From: the human T2T-CHM13v2.0 reference genome, Homo sapiens
Assembly (NCBI RefSeq): GCF_009914755.1
Contig: NC_060934.1
DNA: 64,000 bases
Reading direction: 5' to 3' (one strand)
The position numbers and the translations under genes were made by a program. The notes beneath the pieces were generated by a model. It searched no databases and had not been told where the DNA came from. It saw nothing but the letters and a program-made list of their open reading frames with translations. Positions 1 through 13,170 of this stretch are shown in pieces (position 1 is the stretch's first letter; every line of letters starts with the position of its first letter).

Positions 1-22
1 ACAACCTCATTTTCTTCAAATG

Positions 23-350
23 CAGTCATCCCTCAGTATCTGTGGAAGATTGGTTCCAGGATCTGCCATGGATACCAAAACTCACAGATGCTCAAGTCCC
101 TGATATAAAATGGTTTATTATTTGCATATAGCCTATGTGTATCTTCCTGTATATTTAAAATCATCTTTAGATTACTTATATCTAATACAATGTAGCTGCT
201 ATATAGATAGTTGTGATGATGTATTGTTTAGGGTACAATAACAAGAAAACAGCCTGTATATGTTCAGTACAGATACAATTTTTTTTTTTTTTTAATTTAT
301 GGCTGGTCGAATCCATGGACGTGGAACCCATGAATATGGACGGCCAACTG
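23..350 (+). mobile_element. MER2 (TcMar-Tigger MITE), full length
   Basis: Starts CAGTCATCCCTCAGTATC and ends GGACGGCCAACTG followed by TA. Internal GATGCTCAAGTCCC and AAATCATCTTTAGATTACTTATA match MER2. Confidence 0.9.
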
Positions 351-519
351 TATTATTATTCATTGTGCTTCAACCACACTCTCTGTCATTCTTTTCATCA
401 AACACTGTAAAAATGCAAATGCTTCCATTTCAAGTTTTGCACTCACGATTCCTTCTGCCTTCCCCCAGGTGTTTTCTTTGCTTGCTGTCCTATTTTGTTT
501 CTTTAGTTCTTCAGATGCC

Positions 520-795
520 CCTTCTTCAGGAAGTCTTTTCCTGATAATGCTATCCAACCCATGTTCCTCAATTTATACTTGACACCTCAGCTATATTTTA
601 GTTTAAAATACGACATTTATCTCAAACTGGCTTCACATTATGTACTTGTTATTTATTTAAATCTCCCTCCCTTGCTAGAAAGTTAGCTTTTAAAGGGGCC
701 TGGATTTAATTTGTTTTGTCTATTGTGCCATCTCCTGGAACTAGATTAGTGTCCTTGCACATAGCCAACATTCAAAAAACAAAATTAAATGAATG
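520..795 (+). mobile_element. L2 3' end fragment (old)
   Basis: Degenerate L2 tail ending CACATAGCCAACATTCAAAAAAC...AATGAATG. Confidence 0.55.
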
Positions 796-1627
796 CAGGC
801 TTTCTCTATATGACTGTCAAGATGGCTTCCTTCAGGTCTATAGTCAAATGGTTCTAAATCAACAACGCTTATGTAAATGTGATTTCTGTTTCTTAACATC
901 CAAAGGCTCTGATTGGCCATTTTGCATCAGGCATCTCTTCCCTGAACTCATTATTCTGAGTTATGACTGACATTCTGTATCAGTTCTCCACTTCCTAATC
1001 AAAAGGATTGAGCACATGTGACACAGAGTGGGAGAATGGAGAGCCTCACACTGTAGGCAGATCACACTCCTCTCACACATAAAAGATCTCTTCTTTTTAT
1101 ATGTCATATTTTTTCTGTGATTCATTTTTTTCTCATACATTTTATTGAATAGAGATTTATATACAGGTATTTTTCCCCAAACTCAGTGAATATATACTCT
1201 TTTTATTTTCTCACTCTAAAGATGGAATCTATCAGGATATTTTTCTCAGATTTTCAGCTACAAGGCTGTTTGCTATAAATTTCAATCACTCATTTGGTGT
1301 GATCCAGCAGGCTGGAATCTGAGCAGTCCCTGCAGGTGAACTATATCTCAGCTTAGTTACTTATTTTATTCAGGAAAGCCTCTATATGAAATATGAGATT
1401 TCAGTATCTCATATTCTGCTTACTCTGGCTACCACTCCATGGGAAGCATGGATACAGTGTGGAGCCCTTCTACAATTACCTGAATTTCTGTATAATATAC
1501 CACTCATTAATGTTGAGCTTCCAAAGGCAACTGATTCTATAATCAGTTGAGACACAGAGAAGAAAAGATTTTTAATTTAAGTGAAATTTTCTGCATCTGT
1601 GGGACTTCTTTTCCTTTTCCAATGAAA

Positions 1628-1781
1628 GGCAGTTGTAGTGTGGTATCAAAGACCTGAACTTGGGAATCAGATTTTCTAGGTCTGTATCTGTTTTATTATT
1701 TACTATCTTTGCAAATATAGTCAACTTAACCTCTTCGTATCCTAATTTTCCTCATCTACAAAAGGAAATTGTAAAATAACC
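1628..1781 (+). mobile_element. MIR fragment
   Basis: GGCAGTTGTAGTGTGG...CTTAACCTCT...TTTTCCTCATCTACAAAAGG MIR core; abuts Tigger3b. Confidence 0.7.
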
Positions 1782-1784
1782 ATC

Positions 1785-2994
1785 CAGTCATATGTTGCTT
1801 AATGATGGAGATACATTCTGAGAAATGCATCCTTAGGGGATTTTGTCTTTGTGTGAACAACATGGAGTGTACTTACACAAATCTAGATGGTATAGCCTAC
1901 TATGCACCTACCTATCCTATGCAGAGGCTGTACCTACTATACACATATTATTATATTGTATAGCCTCTTTCTCCTAGGCTACAATCTTATACAATACGTT
2001 ACTGTATTAATACTATAAGCAATTGTAACACAATGGTTATGTATTTATATATTAAATATATATAAACATAGGAAAATACAGTAAAAATTGGTATAGAAGA
2101 TTAAAAATAGTATAACTACATAGGACACATACCGTGAATAGAGCTTGCAGGCCTGAAAGTTACACTGGGTGAGTCAGTGAGTGAGTGGTGAGTGAATATA
2201 AAGGCCCAGTGCATTACTGTACACTACTATAGACTTCATAAACACTGTATGTATAGGACTCACTAAATTTATAAAAATATTTTTTCTTTAATCGTAAATA
2301 AACCTGAGCTTACAGTAACATTTTTACTTTATACAATTTTTAATTTTGAAAAATTTGTGACTCTTATGTCACTAAAACACAAACCCATTGTACAGCTATA
2401 CAAAAATATTTTTATATACTTATTCTATACATTTTTCTATTTTTAATTTGTTTCTACTTTTTAAACATTTTTGTTAAAAGCTAAGACATAAACACCTACG
2501 TTAGCTTAGGCCTATATCATTAATATTACTGTCTTCTACCTCCACATCTTGTCTTACTGGAATCTCTTTGGAAGCAACAGCACTTCTCCTGTAATTTCAA
2601 TGCCTTCTTCTGGAATAACTCCTGAAGACCCTGCCTGAGGCTGTTTTACCATTAACCTTTTTTTTTTTTTAAATAAGTAAGAGTACACTCCAAAATAGTG
2701 AGAAAAAGTATAATATAGTAAATACCTAAACCAATAGCATAGTCATTTATTATTATTACCAAGTATTATATACAGATCCTAACTGAATGTGTTACACTTT
2801 TATAGGTCTTGCAGTACAGCAGGTTTGTTTACACCAACATCACCACATATATGTGAATAATGAGGGTGCTACATTACAGTGGCTACGACATTACTAGGCA
2901 ATAGGAATTTTTCAGCTCTATTATAACTTTATAGGACCACCATTGTATGTTCTGTTAATTGTTGAGGGAAATGTTATTTTGTGGTGCATGATTG
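1785..2994 (-). mobile_element. Tigger3b (MER7-type non-autonomous Tigger), near full length
   Basis: TIRs CAGTCATATG... and ...GCATGATTG followed by TA; about 1.2 kb; characteristic GAGTCAGTGAGTGAGTGGTGAGTGAA block. Confidence 0.88.
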
Positions 2995-3390
2995 TACTTA
3001 TACCATACAAAAGAGAAAGTAATGGGAAGACAAAAACAGTATTTTCAACCAAACATACTGAGATTGCACCTTGCACCAGTTACTTTCCTAAATGCTTTAT
3101 AAGCAAAATAATTAATCTTCTTACCAATCCTGTGAGGTAATAAGTTCTAAGGCTTTAGATCAGTGATTTAACATTCTGTTCATATGAGAGAGTATTGCAA
3201 AAATAATTCAAAAAACATATTTTGCTATATTAATACTAGAAAGGCTTGTGTCACATTTAATCATCTAATGCAAGTGGGCAGAGGTGCTTTGTCTCATATA
3301 GCCATGCAAACCAAGATGCCATCTTTTCAGAAAAGGGTTTCTCAACCTTGGTGCCATTGACATTTGATTCGATAATTTTTTTTTTTTTTT

Positions 3391-3513
3391 GGATGGGGAT
3401 GGGGGGATGGGAGAGGACTTTCTTTGCGATGATGAAATCATGTTTTAAAATTAGATTATGGTGATGGCTGCACAGCTCTGTAAATATACTAATAACCATG
3501 GAATTGTTCACTT
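3391..3513 (+). mobile_element. L1MB-type 3'UTR fragment
   Basis: GATGATGAAATCATGTTTTAAAATTAGATTATGGTGATGGCTGCACAGCTCTGTAAATATACTAA...CACTTT. Confidence 0.65.
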
Positions 3514-3657
3514 TATTTTTTTATTATTTATTTTATTGTACTTTAAGGTCTAGTACATGTGCACAACGTGCAGGTTTGTTACATATGTATATATGTACCA
3601 TGTTGGAGTTCTGCACCCATTAACTCATCATTTACATTAGGTATTTCTCCTAATGCT
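3514..3657 (-). mobile_element. L1PA (about PA3-7) extreme 3' end, 5' truncated
   Basis: T-rich tail followed by GTACATGTGCACAACGTGCAGGTTTGTTACATATGTAT...CATTTACATTAGGTATTTCTCCTAATGCT. Confidence 0.9.
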
Positions 3658-4411
3658 ATTGTGGCAACTGTCCTGTATATTGCATGATATTTATGAGGGT
3701 CCCAAGATTCTATCCATTAGAATACAATAGTATCATCCCAGTTTTCATAAACACAAATTTCTCCAGATGTGGTCAGGTGATCCCTGGGTGGAAAAGGGAA
3801 ATTATGTCATTAGGAATCATTGATATAGAAACTATAGCATTCACTACAGACCCAAAGACTTCACTGGATTTTTTGGGAGGTAAGAGGTTTGGCTGGTAAA
3901 TAAGTCAAATTTTCCCATACCTCCAGGAAATCTAGTAATTATATTTTTTCAAAGAGAAGAATGAAATGAAGTTCGGTAAGCAAATGACTGTGTTTTTTTG
4001 TTTGTTTGTTTTTGTTTTGTTTTGTTTTTTGCCAAAATCTACCTTTCTGGTGATCAACTACCAATTTCACTCTCTTTTCCTCTCACACATTGAACCTACT
4101 CTGTTTACAAAGGAGGCACTTAAAATTTTGTTACTAACAGCATCCAGCTCAGGTCCTGGTTCTGTAAATAATACACATTATTCTGCATCAGGCATAAAAG
4201 TGCCTTCACAGTCCAGTAACCTTTGAATTCAAAAGACATTGCTTGTTCTGCCCACCCTCCCCCAACTAATATACAGTAGCAGAACAGAGACAGCTTAACT
4301 AATAAATAATTCATTTGAAAAAGAGAAGAATGGGAAAAGCAGATCGCAGATTGTTGAAAATAACAGTGAATGATATGGGGAAAACTTTTTGATTAGACTT
4401 TGTTTTGCTTT

Positions 4412-7400
4412 TTGATTTTCTAAAACATTTATTTTGGGTTCAGGGGTACATGTGCAGGTTTTTTATATAGGTAAAGTAGTGCCATGGGGGTTTGTTGTAC
4501 AAATCATTTTGTCACCCAGTATGGGGGTTCTAAGCCTAGTACCCCCATAGTTATTTTGTTTATGATCCTCTCCTTCCTCCCATCATCCAGCCTCAGGTAA
4601 GCCCTCGTGTCTATTGTTCTCCTCTTTGTGTTCATGTGATTTCATCATTTAGCTCCCACTTAAAGGTGAGAACATCTGGTGTTTGGTTTTCTCTTCCTGA
4701 ATTAGTTTGTTAAGAACAATGGCCTCCAGCTCCATCCATGTTCCTGGAAAGGACATGATCTCGTGTGTTTTTATGCCTGGATAGTATTCCATGGTGTATA
4801 TATACAACATTTTCTTTATCCATTCTATCATTGATGAGCATGTATGTTGATTCCTTGCCTTTGCTATTGTGAATAGTGCTGCACTGAACATTCATGTACA
4901 TGTGTCTTTATGATAGAACAATTTATATTTGTGTGGGTATATACCCAGTAATGGGATTGCTGGGTCGAATGGTAGTTCTGTTTTTAGCTCTTTGAGGAAT
5001 TGCCACGCTGTCTTCCAGAATGATTAAACTAATCTATACTTCCACCAACAGTGTATAAGCATTCTCTTTTCTCAGCAACCTCTCCAATATGTTATTTTCT
5101 GACTTTTTAGTAATAGACATACTGAATGGTGTGAGATGGTATCTCATTGTGGTTTTGATTTTCATGACTCTAATGATCACTGATACTGAGTTTTTTTTTT
5201 CATATGCTTGTTGGCCACATGTATGACTTCTTTTGAAAAGTGGCTATCCATGTCCTTTGGCTACTTTTTAAAGAGGTTGTTTATTTTGTGTGTGTGTGAA
5301 TTTGTATATGTTCCTTATAGATGCTAGATATTAGACTTTTGTCAGATGCATAGTTTGCAAATATTTTCTCCTATTCTGTAGGTTTTTTGTTTACTCTAAT
5401 GATAGTTTCTTTTGCTATGTAGCAGCTCTTTAGTTTAATTAGATCCCATTTGACAATTTTTGCTTTTGTTGCAATTGCTTTTGGCATCTTCATCATAAAA
5501 TCTTTGCCATAAAATCTTTGCCAGTTTCTATATTCAGAATGGTATTGACTAAGTTGTCTTCCAGGGTTCTTATAGTTTTGGGTTTTACATTTATGTCTTT
5601 AATCCATGTTGAGTTGATTTTTGTATATGGTGTAAGGAAGTGGTCCAGTTTCAATCTTCTGCATTTGGCTAGGCAGTTATCTCAGCACGATTTATTGAAC
5701 AGGGAGTCCTTTCCCCATTGCTTGTCTTTGTTTACTTTTTCAAAGATCAGATAGTACTATGTGTGCAGTCTTATTTTTGAACTCTCTATTCTGTTCCATT
5801 GGTCCATGTGTCTGTTTTTTTTTCACCAATGCCATGCTGTTTTGGTTACCGTAGCACTGCAGTATACTATGAATTCAGGTAGCATGGTGGCTCCTGGTTT
5901 ATTTTTTTGCTTAGGATTGCCTTAACTATTTAGGCTCTTTTTGGTTCCACATACATTTTTAAATAATTTTTTTCTGGTTTTATAAAGAATGTCATTGGGA
6001 GTTTGATAGGAATAGCACTGATTCTATAAATTGCTTTGGGTAGTATGGCCATTTTAACAATGTTGATTCTTCCTATCCACGAGCATAGGATGGTTTTCCA
6101 TTTGTTTGTGTCACCTCTGGTTTCTTTGAGCAATGTTTTGTAATTCTTATTGTACAGATATTTCACCTCCCTGGTTAAATGTATTCCTAGGTATTTTTTT
6201 TCTTTTTGTGGCAATAGTGAATGAGATTGCCTTCCTAATTTGGCTTTGGCTTGAATGTGTCGTATATGGGAATGTTAGTGGTAATTGTACGTTGAGTTTG
6301 TATCCTGAAACTTTGCTGAAGTTGTGCATCAACTTAAGGAGCTTTTGGGCTGAGACTATGGGGTTTTCTAGATGTAGAATCATGTCATCTGCAAATAGGG
6401 ATAGTTTTACTTCCTCTCTTCCTATTTGGATGCCCTTTATTTATTTCTCTTGCCTGATTGCTATGGCCAGGACTTCCAATATGATGTTGAGTAAGATAGA
6501 TGAGAGAGGGCATCCTTGTCTTGTGTGGGTTTTCAATGGGAATGCTTCTGGATTTTGCCTATTCATTATGATGTTGGCTGTGGATTTGTCATAGATGGCT
6601 CTTATTATTTTGAGGTACTTTTTTCCAATTTACTGTTTTGACATGAAGTGTGTTAAATTTTATTGAAAGCCTTTTCTGCATCTATTGAGATAATCATGTG
6701 GTTTTTGTCTTTAGTTCTGTTTATGTGATGGATCACATTTATTAATTTGCATATATTGGACCAACCTTGCATACCAGGGATAAAGCCAATGATCATGGTG
6801 GATAAGCTTTTTGATATGCTGCTGGATTCGGTTTGTTAGTATTTTGTTGAAGATTTTTGCATCAGTGTTCATCAAGAATATTGACCTGAAGTTTTCTTTT
6901 TTGGTTGTGTCTCTGCCAGATTTTGTTATCAGGATGATGCTGGCCTCATAGAATGAGTTAGAAATAAGTCCCTACTCCTCATTTTTTGGAATGTTTTCAG
7001 TAGGAGTGGTATTAGCTCTTCTTTGGACATCAGTTAGAATTTGGCTACAAATCCATCTGGTACAGAAATTTTTTTTTAGTTTAGTAGGCTATTTATTACT
7101 GATTCAAATTCAAAGTGTGTTATTGATCATCCAGGAATTCAATTGTTTTTCTATTTCAGTCTTGGGATGGTGTATGTGTCCAGGAATTATCTATATCTTC
7201 TATATTTTCAAGTGTGTATACACAGAGGTGTGCATCGTAGTCACTGATGGTTATTTTTATTTCTGTAGGGTCAGTGGTAACATCCTCTTTGTTATTTCTA
7301 ATTGTATTTGGATCTTCTTTCTTGGCTTCTTTATTATTTTAACGAGTGTTCTTTTTTATTTATTTTTTTTAAAAAAGCAGACTCCTGAATTCATTGATCT

Positions 7401-8171
7401 TTTGAATGGTTTTTCATGTCTCAATGTCCTTCCATTCAGTTTTTATTTTGCTTATTTCTTGTCTTTTGCCAGCTTTCGGGTTGGTTTACTCTTACTTCTC
7501 TAGTTATTTTTGTTTTGATGTTAGTTTGTTAGCTTGATATCATTCTAACCTTCTAATGTATGTGTTTAATTTCCCTCTTAATATGCCCTTAGCTGTGTCC
7601 CAGAGATTCTGATACGTTGTATATTTGCTCTTATTAGTTTCAAAAACTTCTTGATTTCTGCTTTAATTGTTTACTCAAAAGTCATTTAGGAGCAAGTTTA
7701 ATGTCCATGTAATTGTATGTTTTTGAGCAATTTTTAGTTGGAAATTCTATTTTTATTGTCCAAGAGAGTGGCTGGTATGATTTTTGTTTTTTTGCATTTG
7801 CTGAGGATTATTTTATGTCTGAGTGTGTGGTTGATTTTAGAATATGTGGCAATGAGAAGAATGTATATGCTGTTGTTTTAGGGCAGAGAGTTCTGTAGGT
7901 ATTTATGAGGTCCATTTGGTCCAATATGAATTCAGGTCCTAAATATATTTGTTAATTTCCTGCCTTAATCACCTGTCTAATACTATCAGTGGGGTGTTGA
8001 AGTCTCTCACTATTATTGTGTGGGAGCCTAAGTATCTGTGAAGGTCTCTAAGAACTTGCTTTATGTTGGGTGCACGTATGTTTAGGATAGCTAGGTCTTC
8101 TTGTTGAACTGAACCCTTTACCATTACAGTATGTCCTTCTTTTTCTTTTTTTGATCTTTGTTGGTTTAAAG
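4412..8171 (-). mobile_element. L1PA13-16-type LINE-1, 5' truncated within the ORF2 endonuclease region, decayed
   Basis: 3'UTR TTCAGGGGTACATGTGCAGG...; ORF2 fragments in the track ([36 protein letters not shown]); degenerate TSD ACTTTG(T/A)TT..CTTTT near 4397 and 8172. Confidence 0.92.
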
Positions 8172-9109
8172 ACTTTGATTCTTTTTCCTCTTGCACATTA
8201 TTCTTTATGACTATGGCTTCAACTTCTGGGATACTCTTCCAGGTCTATCATCTTCCTCAGTCACATCTAAAGTGTCATGCTTGGCTATGCCATCCTTACA
8301 GTTTGTCCAGTTTTTCTATATTGCTTCTCTTTTGAAGCTCATCAGTCAGATGCTTGTTAGACAAGGTTTATTGTTTCTTTGGCACTGAAATTCCCCCAAA
8401 ATCTCAATAGGCTTCTTACCTATTTACTCTCCATCAATTCCATGTACTGTTGATCATATTCACTATTCTTTTCAAGAAAAAATTCTCAATTTTGCTTAAT
8501 ATTTCTGATTACTTGCCTCTATGCCTCCCTGTTTACTGCATGTTTTAAAACTTTTCTAAAGTGGAAGTTGTTTGGCTTAGAGATACCATACTCTTATTTT
8601 AATCTCTCATAAGTATAAAAATTCAGAAGGCAATGAAAAATCAATTAATAATTGTCAATGATTACACACACACACAAGCCATTAGAAAATTATAGGTGGA
8701 GTTGGTGAGATGGTAGCAGAAGCATCAAATATTCACATTTCAGGCTTACAATTAAAAATACCAAAGTTAAATAAAAAGAAAGCATCAATGCTAGTATTAG
8801 CAAAGATTGTCAATGACCTAGACATCAATATGAGGAAAATTTGGTAGATGCAGAAATAATGTAATATGGCTGAAAGAGGATAAAAATGGTTGAACTGAAG
8901 CTCAGTTCCTAAAAATCAATAGGCAAACATCACAGAGACCTCATTATTTGCTTAGCAATACAAGGATATGTTAAGACAGGAATGAATATATTTGGAGTCC
9001 ACCTTTGTAAGAAAGAAAAAATATTTTGAATAAATTATAGATACTGAGAGACAGCATTTCCATTATGACTATGGAAATGACTCCCTAGCAGAGGAATAAA
9101 CAGGAAACT

Positions 9110-9113
<4 letters not shown>

Positions 9114-9140
<27 letters not shown>
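9114..9140. repeat. (TG)13 microsatellite at the Alu tail/TSD
   Basis: Read directly from the sequence. Confidence 0.95.
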
Positions 9141-9423
9141 TTTTGACGGAGTCTCACTCTGTCACCCAGGATGGAGTGGCGATGACACGATCTCGGCTCA
9201 CTGCAAGCTCCGCCTCCCGGGTTCATGCCATTCTCCTGCCTCAGTCTCCCGAGTAGCTGGAACTACAGGGGTCCACCACCTCACCCGTCTAATTTTTTGT
9301 ATTTTTAGTAGAAACAGGGTTTCACCATGTTAGCCAGGATTGTCTCGATCTCCTGACCTTGTGACCCGCCCGCCTCGGCCTCCCAAAGTGCTGGGATTAT
9401 AGGCGTGAGCCACCGCGCCTGGC
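9141..9423 (-). mobile_element. AluY
   Basis: AAGCTCCGCCTCCCGGGTTCATGCCATTCTCC diagnostic; TSD TTTTCTGTGTGTGT at 9109 and 9424. Confidence 0.92.
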
Positions 9424-10039
9424 TTTTCTGTGTGTGTTTTTTTTTTTTTTTAAAGAAAGACAGTGATACATTGGTGGACAATTTCTCTGGAGTGGTTACC
9501 TCAAAGAATATATATTGAAAGATAGTTTTATTTTTATGAAACTTGTTTTGCATTGAATAGATATTTGTATAAAATATTTAAAAATTACTAAAAATATAAA
9601 AAGGCATTTAAGGTATAACCTAATTTTATTATTTATTCAAAACATATAAAATTACCATCATATTGCTATAATTGCTTTCCAAATGTTCATTCCTACCTTC
9701 TGTCCTGATCTTCTTGTGTACCAGTCACAGTTTTCAACTGGCACTGGTTTGTACCATACACTATTATAGAAAAATATTTAGGTTTGGTAATATTAATTGC
9801 CCCCAAAGTCTGGTTTATAGCGTTTGGCTGTATTCTGTTTCATTTTTGCAGGGCGAAGTTGTATTGTGTACTACCAAGATGTTCTATATTGATTCTCTTA
9901 CAAAATTCAGGAAGATTATCACCTAGGGGTGTTGTAAATTAGCTGTCATTAAAAGCAGTCCCAAAATTGATAAACAAATATTAGTATTAAAGGAGAGGAT
10001 ACACTACATATTTTGGAAACATTAAAGAGTAATAAGACA

Positions 10040-12320
10040 ATACAACAGACAACCTTAAACATATACTTCATCAACTTAGATGAAAGGAGCCATTTGCTAA
10101 AAACCAAAACTAGCATAACTGATCAATAATAAAATTAAAAACCCGAACCATTCTATAACTATTAAGGAAATTACATTTGTAGCAGAAACATCCAAAAAGA
10201 GAAATCTCTTTGTCTATTGAAAAAAACAAACTTTATAAAATCTCGTCCAGAAAATAGAAGACAAGAATACTTCTCAACTCATTTATGAGCCTATTATTGC
10301 CCTGATACCAAAACAACATAGTACAAGAAACAACTCAATTCTGGAAATATATTTTTAAAAGACAAATAGAGATTATTCTGGGAATGTAAGGCTGGTTCTA
10401 TATTTGAAAATCAACCAATTCTATCTGCCATACTAACAGTCTAAAATTTTTTAAAAACCCATGATTATGTTAATTGATCAGAAAAATAACTTGCCAAAAT
10501 GCAACATGCATTTCTGATAAAACTGGGTATCAAACTGGGAATGGAAAACAACTTGATCAACTTGAAAAGCAGTGCTCATAAGAAAATCTACAGCTAATGA
10601 TGCAGCAGCAGCCCATCTGGCGCTGCTGCTGCAGGGGAGGCAGGACCCGGGCTGCTGCATGTTCCTTGGAGCCAGAAGAAACCAGGAACAGGTGGACGCC
10701 CTGCCCCCTTCCAAGTTGGTGGGGCGGGAGCCCATGCTCCCAGGCACAGCTGCAGCCACTCAGCGGTGGGTGTGGACCCGTGAGTGTACCCCTGCAAGCT
10801 TGAAAGTGCCTGCTCTGGCTGCCTGGCCTCCATGCTCCCAGTGCGCGTTTGAATTTCAGAGCAAAGGTGAGGCTGAGCCCAGGCACTGTCACAACCCAGC
10901 TGGGTGTTCATGCGCTCTGGGCAGAACTGACATGCCAGCACCCTGCTGCCACATGTCCTTCTGGACTTTGGGCACTGATAAGCATGGGACGGAGGCCAAG
11001 GAGGGGCTGAGGGCAGCTTAGCATGGACCTGCAGGCGCCCCTTGGCACAAAGAACTTGGGGACCACAGATGGCATTTAGAGAGCAGAAGGAGGCAGACAG
11101 GCTCTGGGCAGAAAGGGGCGTGTCCATGGTGAAGCCCCACCTTCAAGCCGGGGAAGGCTGAATCCTGTGGGCCAGACTGCCAGTTCTGTGGCCTGGAGCT
11201 AGAACTTAGATGCTTTATTTCCAGGCCCACCCATGGCCGCTCATGGACCAATCAGCCTACACTTCTTCCCTTCTGAAGCCCATTAAAAACCCAGACTCAG
11301 CCAGATTCAGGCAGGTAGGATGACCTGCCTGCAGAGAGGATCTACCCACTTTTTGTCTCCTGAGAGCTGCGCCGTCTGTCACTCAATAAAGCACCTCTTT
11401 GCCTTGCGCACCCTCCAGATGTCTGCCTACCTAATTCTTCTTGGATGCGGGACAAGAACTCGGGACGTGCCAAATGGGGAGACTGAAAGTGCTGTAACAC
11501 AAACAAGGCTGCAACATGCCCCCATGCTCGCCACATTGAGGGCGATGAGAAGGAGAGAAGAGCTGTGGCCCTTTGAGGACTTAGGAGCTCCCCAAGCTGT
11601 GACACCCTCTTTGGGTCTCTGTAGTTCCTGGCATCACCAAGCTTCCAGGTGGCCCTGTGTTCCCTGCTGCCCACAGTAGCAGCTGCTTGCAGTATGCCTG
11701 GTCCATCTTCAGACTCACAGGGAGCCCACACCCATGTTGGCGCCTGGAGCTTCCTGCCCCACCGCAGCTGTTGTACCTGGCTGTGCATAGTGGTCAGACC
11801 CTGCCCTTGCTCACTCACACATCCCTCACTGCTCTGCATCTGGCTCACCCTTGACAGCCATAAAATCAGAGCTGGTAGCATCAGCCTAGTGCAGGCTGCC
11901 AGCCTGAGTGGGCGGAACAAGCCCAGTGGGCCCAAGCAAAACTTGGGCAAAGGCACCACTGGTCACAGAGGTTTCTGGCTGCTGAAGCAACACCCCAAGG
12001 ATCTTATGTCACTAGTATTGTACTTAATGGTGAAAGACTGAATGTTTTCCCCCTAAGATAGGGAACAAAGAAAGGAAGTCATTGTCACCACTCCTATTTA
12101 ACTTTGTGGAGGAAAGTTTATCCAGTGGATTAAAGAAAGAAAAATAACTACAAAATATATAGATCAGAAAAAAATTAATAAAACCACATTTATTTGCAAA
12201 TGGCATGATTACCTATTGAGAAATTCTCCAGGAATCCTTTAATTCCTTGAACTAATGAGTGGGTTTAGGAATGTAGACAACACATGAAAATCAATTATGC
12301 TTCTATATATTAGCAACTTA
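10040..12320 (+). mobile_element. Old L1M (MC/MD-type) ORF2 fragment, interrupted by MER52
   Basis: CTCATTTATGAGCCTATTATTGCCCTGATACCAAAAC; the L1 text AAAATCTACAGCTAA continues as ...TACTTAATGGTGAAAGACTGAATG on the far side of the LTR. Confidence 0.8.
10598..12011 (+). mobile_element. MER52 solo LTR (ERV1)
   Basis: TGATGCAGCAGCAGCCCATCTGG start and CACCCCAAGGATCTTATGTCA end; 4-bp TSD CTAA/CTAG; CCAATC and AATAAA present; GC-rich. Confidence 0.88.
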
Positions 12321-12334
12321 AGTGCCCAGGAACA

Positions 12335-12877
12335 AAAGAATAAATAAATAAAATGCGCTATATATACACAAAGGAGTATCATTCAGCCATAAAAAAGAGT
12401 GAAAGTCTGTCATTGGCAGTAACATGGATAAAACTGGAGGTCATTATGTTAAGTGAAATAAGCCAGGCACAGAAAGACAAACTTTGCTTGTTTTCACTTA
12501 TATGTGGGAGCTAAAAATTAAAATAGTTGAAATTATTGAGATAGAGAATGAAGGAAGATTACTAGAGGCTGGAAAGGAGTGCGGGGTGAGTAGTGGTGAT
12601 GGTTAGTGGGTACAAAAAATTGAAAGAATGAATAAGACCTAGTATTTGCTAGCACAACAGGGTGACTATAGTTAAGAATAGTTTAATTATACATTTTAAA
12701 ATAACTAAAACAGTATAATTGGATTGTTTGTAACATAAAGATAAATGCTTGAGGTGAAGGATACCCAATTTACCCTCATTATACATTGCATGCCTGTATC
12801 AAAATATCTCATGTAACCCATAAATATGTACACATACTATTTGTAATACCCACAAAAGTTAGAAATTTTTTAAAAAA
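12335..12877 (+). mobile_element. L1MA2/3-type 3' end
   Basis: GAATAAGACCTAGTATTTGCTAGCACAACAGGGTGACTATAG...ATAACTAAAACAGTATAATTGGATTGTTTGTAAC. Confidence 0.85.
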
Positions 12878-13170
12878 TTACATACTGTATGATTCCATTT
12901 GTATGACATTTTCAAATAGATAAAATATGGTGTGAATATATCAGTGATTGCTAAAGGTTGGGGAGTTTGTGACTACAAAATGTTCTCATAACATAGATTT
13001 TTGGGGGTGATGGAAAATTTTTATGCTAATTGTGGTGGTGAATGGTGGTAATCTATAACTGTGTTAAAACTTATAGGAGTGGTATCATCCCCACCCATCC
13101 GAAAAAAAGAGAGAAAAGTCAGTCAGAGTATACTTTAGCGTATGTTATGATGAAAAATAAAATTTAGAAA
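12878..13170 (+). mobile_element. L1MC/ME-type 3'UTR fragment
   Basis: TACATACTGTATGATTCCATTT...TTTTGGGGGTGATGGAAA...TGTGGTGGT. Confidence 0.65.

Larger units (their letters stand above)
3333..3800. mobile_element. MER20 (hAT-Charlie) split by an L1-derived insert at about 3375-3657
   Basis: GGTTTCTCAACCTTGGTGCCATTGACATTT...GATAATT, resuming at TGTGGCAACTGTCCTGT...TCTCCAGATGT...CCCTGGG. Confidence 0.75.

Noticed and set aside
1390-1415. 10-bp inverted repeat AATATGAGAT/ATCTCATATT
   Set aside because: Expected by chance in 64 kb of AT-rich sequence.
5494-5521. 14-bp tandem duplication CATAAAATCTTTGC in L1 ORF2
   Set aside because: A routine slippage mutation in a dead element.
10478-12041. 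Cluster of 100-205 aa ORFs on both strands
   Set aside because: They lie almost entirely within the GC-rich MER52 LTR. Stop-poor composition explains them and no domain is recognisable.
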